NCBI GenBank assembly: GCA_963806185.1
Contig: CAWDXE010000007.1
Coordinates: forward strand, 704,001 to 768,000
Origin: an uncultured candidate division Zixibacteria bacterium
Lineage (GTDB): Bacteria > Zixibacteria > MSB-5A5 > GN15 > FEB-12
Length of the DNA stretch: 64,000 bases
Direction: 5' to 3'
Shown: positions 18,227 through 26,929 of the stretch, piece after piece
Layout: every line of letters starts with the position of its first letter
Position numbering within the stretch: the first letter of the stretch is position 1
Position numbers and translations under genes: made by a program
The notes under the pieces: model-generated
Databases searched by the model: none
Told to the model about the DNA's origin: nothing
Seen by the model: only the letters and a program-made list of their open reading frames with translations

Positions 18227-18285
18227 ATGTGAAATGTTTCACATTTATTCGGACGAATATACGCTTGCCGTCGAGCCGATGTCAA
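18227..18285 (-). promoter_or_regulatory. gltA promoter plus palindromic operator ATGTGAA-N4-TTCACAT (Rex/CRP-like)
   Basis: TTGACA-N18-TATATT; the perfect palindrome at 18227-18244 lies between the -10 and the GGAGG RBS. Confidence 0.7.
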
Positions 18286-18458
18286 GCTCTCGATTAACGT
18301 GCATTGATCACATTATAATAGTGCCGCAACTATCTGTGATACAGCTCGTTACGCGACCGTCGACGATCGCCCCGATGACTGCCTTGTGTTGCGAGCGAAA
18401 ATATTCGCGAGTAAAATAGACCGGATTGGCTTCTTCCCGTAAGGTAGGCCGTGCAAGT

Positions 18459-19019
18459 CTAATTTTTGCGAAACAACTGCACCGGCGAGAAAGCGGCCGG
18501 TTCTTCGGCGATGCCGGCCATCCACGTCTGCAGTTCGTCGGTCGAGGCGGTCAACAGCACTTCATCATTGTCCAGCCATTCGAAGTTGACGGTGACCCCG
18601 GCGGAATCAATCACCCTGGTGAGCCAGTCGGATTCGAGTACCGAGATAGTGAGGCTGTCGCCCGACAGATTTACGCGCCAGAAACTGTGGACGGCGACAA
18701 GGTGCATCTTGTACACGTCGGATAAATTGTCCGGGCCGTCAGGATACGCGTCCATGAAGAGATACTTTTCATTCAGCAGGAGAAACACGGCGGAGAAGAC
18801 ACTCGTGTCGCCGTCTTCCACATAGGTGATCCGGTAGGTGTTGTCATCGAGCGCAGCAAAATTCCAGGCGTTCGTTTCATCGTCCTCAACCCAGCTCCCC
18901 TCGATACCATTCACCGGCAATATGTCTTCCTCGTGATAGAGCGGGTGGATCGACGGTACCAGGCATCCCTGGCAGAGCGCGGCGAGCACGATTACGGTGA
19001 ACAGGATGAACTGTCGCAT
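18459..19019 (-). CDS. Hypothetical lipoprotein
   Basis: Signal peptide ending CQGC, followed by LVPSIHPLY; GGGAG RBS. Confidence 0.75.
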   Translation of the reverse strand: MRQFILFTVIVLAALCQGCLVPSIHPLYHEEDILPVNGIEGSWVEDDETNAWNFAALDDNTYRITYVEDGDTSVFSAVFLLLNEKYLFMDAYPDGPDNLSDVYKMHLVAVHSFWRVNLSGDSLTISVLESDWLTRVIDSAGVTVNFEWLDNDEVLLTASTDELQTWMAGIAEEPAAFSPVQLFRKN

Positions 19020-19044
19020 AGCGGACTCCCTTCAGCGCGACCAA

Positions 19045-20457
19045 TCAATAGGCGCTCGAGCCGACTCGCTGAACATGGTCGGCAGGGCGGTCTGCAAACA
19101 ACTTATCCGGATTGAGCGAGTATTCAGGATCGAACACCGCCTTCACCTTGCGCATAGCGTCAAGCGTGGCGGCGTCAAATTCGAGCTGGAGAAAATCGCG
19201 CTTGGCCAAGCCGATGCCGTGCTCGCCGGTAAGCGTGCCGCCCAGTTCGAGTGTCTTGCGCATGAGCTGAAGCACACTCTCGTGAATCAGATTCATCGTT
19301 GCGGGCGAATCGTCCTGCGCCATGAGATTCACATGCAGGTTGCCGTCGCCGGCGTGGCCAAACGAATTGATGCGCAGGGGAGATGCGGCATTCATTTCGC
19401 CCACAAACGCGACCAGGTCCGGAAATTTGGAATTGGGCACAGCCACATCTTCAGACAAGCGCACCTTGGCTGCTGCCTTGGCGGCTTTTGACAGATTGCG
19501 GCGGATTTTCCAGAGCGCTTCCGCCTTTTCCGGGTCGGGTTCCATTTGCATATACGATGCGCGATGCGTCTCGCAGAACGACTTGATCCGTGTCGTCTGT
19601 GCGTCCTGATTCTCTCCAGATGTCTCAATCAAGAGCAAAGCACCGACTTCGTCAAGTCCCTCGTGTTTCTCGTACTGGTTGGAGCAGGCCGCCGCGTCGC
19701 CGTCAAGAAACTCCAAAACGGTCGGAATCAGGCCGCACGCGGTGATGTCCGCCACCGTTTTGGCCGCGTCGGTGGGGCTGTTGAATCCCACGAGAATAGT
19801 CGTCCCCCGCACCGGAATAGGAATCAGCCGCACAGCAATCTCGGTGACAATGGCGAGCGTCCCTTCAGACGAAATCAGCAGGTCGCCCAGCGAAAAGCCG
19901 GCGTTTTCATTAAAGATGCCGGCATTGAGGATCGATCCATCGACCAGGACTGCTCGCATACCAAGAACGTAGTCCTTGGTCACCCCGAACCGCCGACAGC
20001 GCAGTCCGCCCGCGCCCTCTGCCACATTGCCACCGAGTGTCGATTCGAGATAGCTGGCCGGGTCGGGAGGGTAGGTCAAACCATGTTTGGCGGCTTCGTC
20101 CTGAAGCGTCTTGGTAATCACACCCGGCCCGCAGACAGCCATTTCGCGTTCCGGGTAGATAGTCAGGTGGTGGAGTTTCTCGATGGAGATGAGTAAGGCA
20201 CCGTTTGACGGGACACACCCGCCGGAGAGTCCGGTCCCGGCCCCGCGCGGCGTGATTGGAATCTTATGCGAATGACAGAATCGAACCGCCGCCTGGGTAT
20301 CGCCGACCGACTCGGCGAGGAGTATGGCTGCCGGCGTGGCAGTCAAATCGGTGGCGTCGTGAAAGTACTTTTCCTGTTCGGCGAGGTTGGTGATGAGGGA
20401 GTCAGGTGCCTGGAGCACGGCTCGAAGCGCCTCGAAATCGGACGGTTTCATGGGCAT
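19045..20457 (-). CDS. FAD-binding oxidoreductase, GlcD/D-lactate dehydrogenase family
   Basis: PRGAGTGLSGG, YPPDPAS...STLGGNVAE, FGHAGDGNLH, GEHGIG. True start is 20457 or 20451; the longer ORF-track start runs through repeats. Confidence 0.9.
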   Translation of the reverse strand: MPMKPSDFEALRAVLQAPDSLITNLAEQEKYFHDATDLTATPAAILLAESVGDTQAAVRFCHSHKIPITPRGAGTGLSGGCVPSNGALLISIEKLHHLTIYPEREMAVCGPGVITKTLQDEAAKHGLTYPPDPASYLESTLGGNVAEGAGGLRCRRFGVTKDYVLGMRAVLVDGSILNAGIFNENAGFSLGDLLISSEGTLAIVTEIAVRLIPIPVRGTTILVGFNSPTDAAKTVADITACGLIPTVLEFLDGDAAACSNQYEKHEGLDEVGALLLIETSGENQDAQTTRIKSFCETHRASYMQMEPDPEKAEALWKIRRNLSKAAKAAAKVRLSEDVAVPNSKFPDLVAFVGEMNAASPLRINSFGHAGDGNLHVNLMAQDDSPATMNLIHESVLQLMRKTLELGGTLTGEHGIGLAKRDFLQLEFDAATLDAMRKVKAVFDPEYSLNPDKLFADRPADHVQRVGSSAY

Positions 20458-20505
20458 ATGATAGCGAACGGCGAGGGGGAAGCTACAAGAATTTGGGAGG
20501 AATGA

Positions 20506-20796
20506 CTTCGCCCTTCGACTCCGCTCAGGGCAGCGCTTCGCGCGTGGCCCTTGAGACGGTCGGTGAAGTCTCGGAAGCGAATCATCCGGAGTCACTCCGG
20601 CCATCTTGTCATGCCGATTAACTCTGACTATCTCGTCATCCTGAATCATTCTCCCAATGGTGTTCGCCTGAATCATTCCCCCCATCTCGTCATCCTGAAT
20701 CATTCCTATGAATCAGGATCTCAGTTACCAGCGAACCGTCTTACGGGTCATACCCGCCTCCCCCTCTGTCATACCCGCGCAGGCGGGTATCCAGAG
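20506..20796. repeat. Cluster of GTCAT-tagged palindromic REP-like repeats and short direct repeats
   Basis: CCTTCGACTCCGCTCAGGG; ATCTCGTCATCCTGAATCATTC x2; CCTGAATCATTC x3; GTCATACCCGC x2; GTCATACCCGCGCAGGCGGGTATCCAG. Confidence 0.75.
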
Positions 20797-20901
20797 GAAG
20801 CCCTGTCGTGGACGAATAACCCCGCAATTCGTGCTTGACGCGAGTGATTGGCGCATCGTAATTGCGGTAGTCCCCGGACTAAGGGGGCTGGTGGGGATCT
20901 T

Positions 20902-21945
20902 ATGATTCGATTTGGATCGATTGTCCTGTTGACAATGCTTGCGCTGTCCGGTTGCTGCGATAAGGGGACCGACCCGCCGCCGGGGAAACCGGCAGATTAC
21001 ATCGCGTATGTGAGTGATCTGGACAATCCGTTGATTTTTCGCATTCACACGCGCAGTTTCGAGACTGACTCCTTTGTGCTGCCAATCGAAATGTCTCCAT
21101 TCTTCTTCCTTGACCCAAAGGGCCAGCACATGTATGGCAATGTCGGCGGAAGCGGCGTGGTGTCGATCGATCTTGCCACCATGGACACGTCGCTCTTCTG
21201 GCCTTCCACATCCTGGCTCGATTTCTCGCCAAACGATAAACTGGTGACTCTGTTCTACCCGTATCTACAAATTCGTCGCAGAGATGACATGCAGCTCGTT
21301 TGCTCCTTAGGCACGGGATTGTACCAAGGCTGTTATTCCGCCGATTCGAAGCACTACTACGCTACAGCGTCGAACGGCTCCTCCTTGGGCGATGTAGTGA
21401 CTATTCGCGTGGATTCAGGGGTAATTATGAATCGGAAGTCAATTGGCCAGAGGGATATTGCGCCACTTCTAGTCTCCGCGGATCAACGCTACTGGTTTTT
21501 CAATGATTTTTCCCATAGCCGCGACAGCATAATCGTTTACGACATCCTGGCCGATTCGACAATATTCTCCTATCGACTCGTCCCCGGCTTTGGAGACCTG
21601 GTGCAAACTCACAATAGCCGCTACCTGTTTTTTTCAAATCCCGGCCCCTACCCCGCATATGGTCAACCCGGCGAACCCTACATCCATGTCTATGATGTGC
21701 GCACGCGGCGACTACTACCACCCATTAGCGCAGTGGGTGTGTACGGAACCGACACGATAACGTCCAGTCCAACAATCGGTGATCTCGACGTGACACCGGA
21801 TGACAAATTCCTGGTGGCAACGGCTATGGGGGTGAGCGGGAAATACGTGATTGTATCGATACCGGAATTGCAGGTCGTACATTACGGCCAAATATCGAGG
21901 CGCTTTCTGTATCGGTTGGCAATTCAGAGCGGCGTCAGTCGTTAG
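20902..21945 (+). CDS. Lipoprotein, probable YncE/YVTN-like beta-propeller
   Basis: Lipobox LSGC; repeated beta-rich blades (FSPNDK, YSADSK, VSADQR, VTPDDK). Confidence 0.75.
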   Translation: MIRFGSIVLLTMLALSGCCDKGTDPPPGKPADYIAYVSDLDNPLIFRIHTRSFETDSFVLPIEMSPFFFLDPKGQHMYGNVGGSGVVSIDLATMDTSLFWPSTSWLDFSPNDKLVTLFYPYLQIRRRDDMQLVCSLGTGLYQGCYSADSKHYYATASNGSSLGDVVTIRVDSGVIMNRKSIGQRDIAPLLVSADQRYWFFNDFSHSRDSIIVYDILADSTIFSYRLVPGFGDLVQTHNSRYLFFSNPGPYPAYGQPGEPYIHVYDVRTRRLLPPISAVGVYGTDTITSSPTIGDLDVTPDDKFLVATAMGVSGKYVIVSIPELQVVHYGQISRRFLYRLAIQSGVSR

Positions 21946-21991
21946 CCAGCAGAAGGCATTCTCGGAGCACAGGGCTCCCGCGCTACGGGAC

Positions 21992-22489
21992 TCATTGTTC
22001 TTTCAGTCGAAGGACCTTTCGTTCAACGAGGCGCCACGTGGGGCCGGTGTACAGTGCGTCGTGGATCAAGATCACGCTGTCACGAGTCTGGTGAAGAAAG
22101 AAGTCACCCACCGGAAAGAGTTGAGTTGGACAAAACGGTCCCTCTATGCCAGTGAACCCCCAAGCTTCGTCCGGATACTGGATCGAAACCCTGCTGTCGA
22201 TCCTGTAACGAGATCGCACATCACAGGCGAATCGGTCGGCCGGTTTGGTCCAGCGAGTGTCCAGCCTCATCTCAAAGAACTGGCTGTCGATACTCACAAC
22301 CACAAACTGGGAGTCGGTGGCCATCAGCCACATTTCGTCGGAGGTGGAACTGGTGTCGGCGAGTTCCTGATATTGGTACACTCCTCGATAATCGCCAATC
22401 AGACTTGGCTCGGCAGGTCGTGTAAGGTCGTTCTTGCAGCCTATTAGACAACCAGCCGCTATTGCGAGCATGAGTACGATTCTCGACAT
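21992..22489 (-). CDS. Hypothetical lipoprotein
   Basis: Lipobox LIGC; GGAGGG RBS. Confidence 0.7.
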   Translation of the reverse strand: MSRIVLMLAIAAGCLIGCKNDLTRPAEPSLIGDYRGVYQYQELADTSSTSDEMWLMATDSQFVVVSIDSQFFEMRLDTRWTKPADRFACDVRSRYRIDSRVSIQYPDEAWGFTGIEGPFCPTQLFPVGDFFLHQTRDSVILIHDALYTGPTWRLVERKVLRLKEQ

Positions 22490-22591
22490 CGATGATCCCC
22501 TCCGTCGGCGTTGCCGCCTCTAGCATTGGGACGTATGAACAAGTAATATCCGAGGAAAAGGAAGATCATACAAGCCACTTTTTGACGCTGG

Positions 22592-22640
22592 AAAAATGTA
22601 GCCCCCAAGCCTGATCAATAGGAACGGGCCTGGGGGCTAC
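22592..22640 (-). terminator. Terminator after the pckA-fmdB operon
   Basis: GTAGCCCCCA...TGGGGGCTAC stem followed by ATTTTT on the minus strand. Confidence 0.65.
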
Positions 22641-22674
22641 GAATCTGTATCCGTGAACGAGATCGCCTGGCGAA

Positions 22675-22906
22675 TCAATCCGACTTCTTGTCGCTGGAAC
22701 CCGTCGGGTCCTTCTTCTCACCCTTCCGCTTATAATCAGTCTCGTAGAAGCCGGACCCCTTGAAATATCAATCCCCCGCCACCCGATATCACCCGATGCG
22801 GCGTCGCCTGACACTTCGGACAGGTATTAATCGGATCGTCCGTTATCGGCTGAAACTCCTCAAACTCGTACCCGCACGCAGAACATCGATAATGATATGT
22901 CGGCAT
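22675..22906 (-). CDS. FmdB-family zinc-ribbon regulatory protein (absent from the ORF track; +1 indel at about 22764)
   Basis: AAGGAG RBS. Hand translation [48 protein letters not shown] continues as [10 protein letters not shown] after removing one T. Confidence 0.85.
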
Positions 22907-22996
22907 CGAATTGACTCTCCTTCTTCAAGCTGATGGCGCATCATTGCGATGCGCCATCTATAACACGCAAAGTCGCAGTTTGGTTTCGCCGCGCGA

Positions 22997-24668
22997 TCAG
23001 GTCCGCTTGGCGGCCATGAACTCCTTCTTCACCGGGCCGGCGTCAATGACGTCCTGCGCGCAGCCGTCCTTGAACTTCTTGAAGTTCTCGATGAACAGCG
23101 ACGCCAGCTGCAGGTACTTGTCCTGATACGCCAGCGGATCATCCCAGGTATTGGCCGGGTTGAGCACCTTGTCCGGAACGCCTTCGCAGTGCTTCGGCAC
23201 CTTGAAACCGAACACCGGATCGGTGTAGAACTCGACGTCGAGCAGCTTGCCGTCGAGCGCCGCATTCAACAGCGCGCGAGTATAGTGGATCGACATACGC
23301 TTGCCGATACCGTACGGACCGCCCGTCCAGCCGGTATTCACCAGCCAGCAGTTGGCGTTGTGCTTCTCGATCTTGTGCCGGAGCATGTCGGCGTAGAAGT
23401 ACGGATGGTGCACCATAAACGGCGCGCCGAAGCAGGCCGAGAAGGTGATCTCCGGCTCTTTGCCGAGGCCGATTTCCGTCCCGGCTACCTTGGACGTATA
23501 GCCGGAAATGAAATGATACATCGCCTGTTCGCCGGACAGTTTGGCGATCGGCGGCATCACACCCGACGCATCGCAGGTGAGCAGAATGACGTTCTTCGGA
23601 TGGCCGCCCATTTTTGTCGGAACAGCGTTATCGATATACGACAGCGGATAGGCCGCGCGCGTGTTTTCGGTCATGTTCTCGTCGTCCAGATCCAGAAACC
23701 GGGTGACCGGATCGAAAACGACATTCTCCAGAATCGTCCCGAATTTCCGAGTGCAGGCGTAGATCTGCGGTTCGGCCGAAGGGGAGAGGGCGATCACTTT
23801 GGCATAGCAGCCGTTTTCGAAGTTAAACACCCCTTCATCCGACCAGCCGTGCTCGTCGTCGCCGATGAGGAACCGGTTCGGATCGGCCGACAGCGTCGTC
23901 TTACCGGTGCCGGACAGACCGAAGAAAAGCGCCGCGTCGCCGCTCTTGCCGATATTGGCCGAGCAGTGCATCGTCATTACGTTTTGAAGAGGCAGAATGT
24001 AATTGAGCAAGGTGAAGACCGACTTCTTGATCTCGCCGCCGTAGCCGGTCCCGCCGATGATGCACAGTCGCTGATCGAAATTCAACACGATGAAGGTCGG
24101 CGATAGGGTGCCGTCAATCTCCGGCAGACCCCGGAAATTGGGCAGCGAAATGACGGTGAACTCCGGCACGAACCGCCTCAGTTCTTCATTGGTGTCGGGC
24201 GAAATGAGCATGCACTTCGCAAAGAGCGAATGCCAGGCGTATTCGGTGATGACACGGACCGGCAGGCGGTAGTTCGGATCGGCGCCACCATAGCAGTCCT
24301 GTACGAATATGTCGCGCCCCTGCAGGTAGCCCTGCATCCGATACCAAAGCATGTTGAACTTGTCGATTGAAAACGGCCGGTTGTACTGACCCCACCAGAC
24401 CTTGTCCTCGCTCGACTGTTCGCGAACGACAAACTTATCGTTGGCCGCGCGCGCCGTATGCTTGCCGGTGTTTACGACTACCGGCCCCTGGTGCGAGAGG
24501 GAGGCCTCCTTGCGGAAAATAATCTCCTCGTAGAGGGCAGGCACCGGCAGGTTCCAGTAGACGTTGTTCAGATTCCGCAACCCGATGATTCTCCAGGCCG
24601 AATTCACTTTTGAGGTTGCCGGCCTGACCGAGCGCGGGAGATTTTATGTCCAAGATGTAGTGGCTCAT
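22997..24668 (-). CDS. pckA: Phosphoenolpyruvate carboxykinase (ATP); +1 indel at about 24584 splits off the N-terminus
   Basis: TGKHTAR, GGEIKKSVF, MHCSAN, FFGLSGTGKTTLS, IGDDEHGW, GCYAK. The N-terminus MSHYILDIKSPA...GLENH lies in a second frame and overlaps the upstream stop (ATGA). Confidence 0.95.
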
Positions 24669-25887
24669 TTCCAGTCTCTCCTCAACTTGCGATCCCCAAT
24701 AAAGATTTCATTGGGTGAATCGGGATCGAGCGCCCACTTGATGCGCGCGACCCCCTCCGTGATCTCCTTGATCGAGCCGCAGTAACTCAGGCGAAGGTGA
24801 CCCTCCATCCCGAATTCCTTGCCCGGTACCGTGACGACCAGCGCCTTCTCCAGAATAAACTTGGAGAGGGCGATGGAATTCTTGTCGTAGGCGCTGAAAT
24901 CAGGGAGACAGTAAAATGTGCCGTCCGGCACATTGACATGCACGCCCGTAAACGCCCGCAATTCATTGATCATGACGTCGCGGTTGTTCTGCAGCATCAG
25001 GCGCAGCGATTCCACACCCGTCTGCACGCCCATCAGCGCTCCGGCCGCGGCCTCCTGCATCAGCACCGGCGGACAGGAGGTGTTCTGGGCGATGACGTTC
25101 CGCATCGCGGCCGATAACCTTGCGGTTGGCGATCGTCCACCCAATGCGGAATCCGGTCATGGCGTACATCTTGGAGACGCCGTTGATCACAATCAGTCGC
25201 GAGGAATCGGACTGATCCTTGGCGAACTTGTACGGCGACACCCACTGCCGGTTGTTAAACACGAGCTTGTGATAGATGTCGTCCATAATCAGGTAGATCT
25301 CCTTTCTTCTCGCAGTATTCGACGATCTCCTGAATGAATTCCGGGGGGTAGACCACACCCGACGGATTGTTCGGGCTGTTGATGACGATCGCTTTGGTAT
25401 ACGACGCCGATCTGACGAGTGATGTCTTCCATCCTCGGCAGAAAGCGGCCGTCCTCCGGCGCCACTATGACCGGAATACCATAGCACATCTTGACGATTT
25501 CAGGATAACTCACCCAGTACGGCGCCAGCACAATGACCTCGTCCTGCGGATTGAGAATGGTCATCATCAGGTTGAAGAAGGCCTGCTTGGCGCCGTTGCC
25601 GACATTGATATTCTCCGGCCCGACGATCTTGCCGTAGTTGTCCTCGTGTACCGGATGATCGCCTTGAGCAGAGAGGGAATCCCTTCGGTCGGCGTATACC
25701 GGATGTCGGCGGAAGTCAACTTGGTCGCACAGCTGATGACCGCGTCGATCGGCACCTTGCTTTTCGGCTCTCCGGCGCCCAGATGGATCACCGCCTCGCC
25801 TCGTTCGCGAAGCAGGCGCGCCTTCTCGTTGAGCATCAAAGTCGGCGGCTCGTGAATCTCACTCGCCAGTTTACTGATGGTCGACAT
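24665..25887 (-). pseudogene. Class I/II PLP aminotransferase (aspartate aminotransferase-like) broken by four single-base indels; probably an intact gene with assembly errors
   Basis: Pieces join to about 406 aa (GAGEP, RYTPTEG, NGAKQA, PYWVSY, NSPNNPSG, DDIY, NGVSKMYAMTGFRIGW, LRLSY). Shifts at about 25646 (-1), 25407, 25304 and 25111 (+1 each). Confidence 0.85.
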
Positions 25888-25895
25888 ATATGTAC

Positions 25896-26888
25896 TTACC
25901 CTTTCATCAATGTCGCGATGGCGCTGACGTCTACGATGTCATCCACCGAACAGCCGCGCGACAAATCGTTGGCCGGTTTGGCCAACCCCTGTATAATCGG
26001 TCCGGTGGCGGTGGCGTTGGCCAGCCGTTGCACCAGTTTATATCCAATATTCCCGGCATCGAGATCGGGGAAGATGAGCACGTTGGCGTTGCCGGCAATG
26101 GCCGACCCCGGCGCCTTCTTCGCCCCAACTTCGGGAATAATGGCCGCATCGAGTTGAAATTCGCCGTCAACCTTCAATTCCGGATGCTCCTTCCTGAGTA
26201 TCTCGATGGCCGCAACGACTTTGTCGACATCCGCGTGCGACGCCGACCCCTTGGTCGAAAACGACAGCATCGCAATGCGCGGTTCTTCACCAATCAGATT
26301 CACCAGCGTCTGCGCGGTCGACACGGCGATCGACGCCAGCTGCGCGGCATCCGGATTGGGCATCACGGCGCAATCGGCGAACATGAGAATTTTGTTTTTA
26401 GTCCCGCGGAATTCGGGCAGCGTCATAATGAACGAACTGGACACGGTCTGAATACCCGGCTTGAGTCCGATGATCTGAATGGCGGCGCGAAGTACGTCAC
26501 CGGTTGTGCTCAACGCACCCGATACCGAAGCGTCGGCCCGGTCGTGGCGGACCATCATGGCGCCAAAAAACAGTGGATTCGCCATATTCTTGCGTGCCTG
26601 ATCCTCGGTCATCCCCTTGGCTTTGCGCAGCTCGTAGTATTCGTGCGCATACTCTTCAAACTCCGGAGCCTTGGACGGGTTGATCACCTGCACCCGATCG
26701 AGCTGGACGCCGTTGTCGGCGGCCAGTTTGGCGATCTGTGCTTCATCGCCCAACAGTGTCACGGCGCAGATTTCCTCGGCCAGAATCTTCTTGGTCGCCG
26801 CCACCATGCGCGGTTCGGTGCCCTCGGGAAGGACCACCCGACGTTTCTTGGTTTTCGCCTTATCTTTGATCATCGAAATCGCGTTCAT
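25896..26888 (-). CDS. pta: Phosphate acetyltransferase
   Basis: VVLPEG, FADCAV.PNP, AMLSFSTKGSA, DGEFQLDAA, GNIGYKLVQR, NDLSRGCS; AGGAG RBS before ATG 26888. Confidence 0.93.
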   Translation of the reverse strand: MNAISMIKDKAKTKKRRVVLPEGTEPRMVAATKKILAEEICAVTLLGDEAQIAKLAADNGVQLDRVQVINPSKAPEFEEYAHEYYELRKAKGMTEDQARKNMANPLFFGAMMVRHDRADASVSGALSTTGDVLRAAIQIIGLKPGIQTVSSSFIMTLPEFRGTKNKILMFADCAVMPNPDAAQLASIAVSTAQTLVNLIGEEPRIAMLSFSTKGSASHADVDKVVAAIEILRKEHPELKVDGEFQLDAAIIPEVGAKKAPGSAIAGNANVLIFPDLDAGNIGYKLVQRLANATATGPIIQGLAKPANDLSRGCSVDDIVDVSAIATLMKG

Positions 26889-26929
26889 ATACTCTCCTGG
26901 CCGCCCGGTAGCGGCGCTGCTGCAAAGCA

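Noticed and set aside
20458..20703. 82-aa N-terminal extension of the GlcD-like ORF (MIQDDEMGGMIQ...)
   Set aside because: It is a translation of the repeat cluster; family similarity begins near MKPSDF and a -10-like box precedes that ATG.
20630..20706. Short direct repeats as a mini CRISPR array
   Set aside because: Only 2-3 copies of 12-22 nt with irregular short spacers and no cas genes; they are fragments of a GTCAT palindromic repeat.
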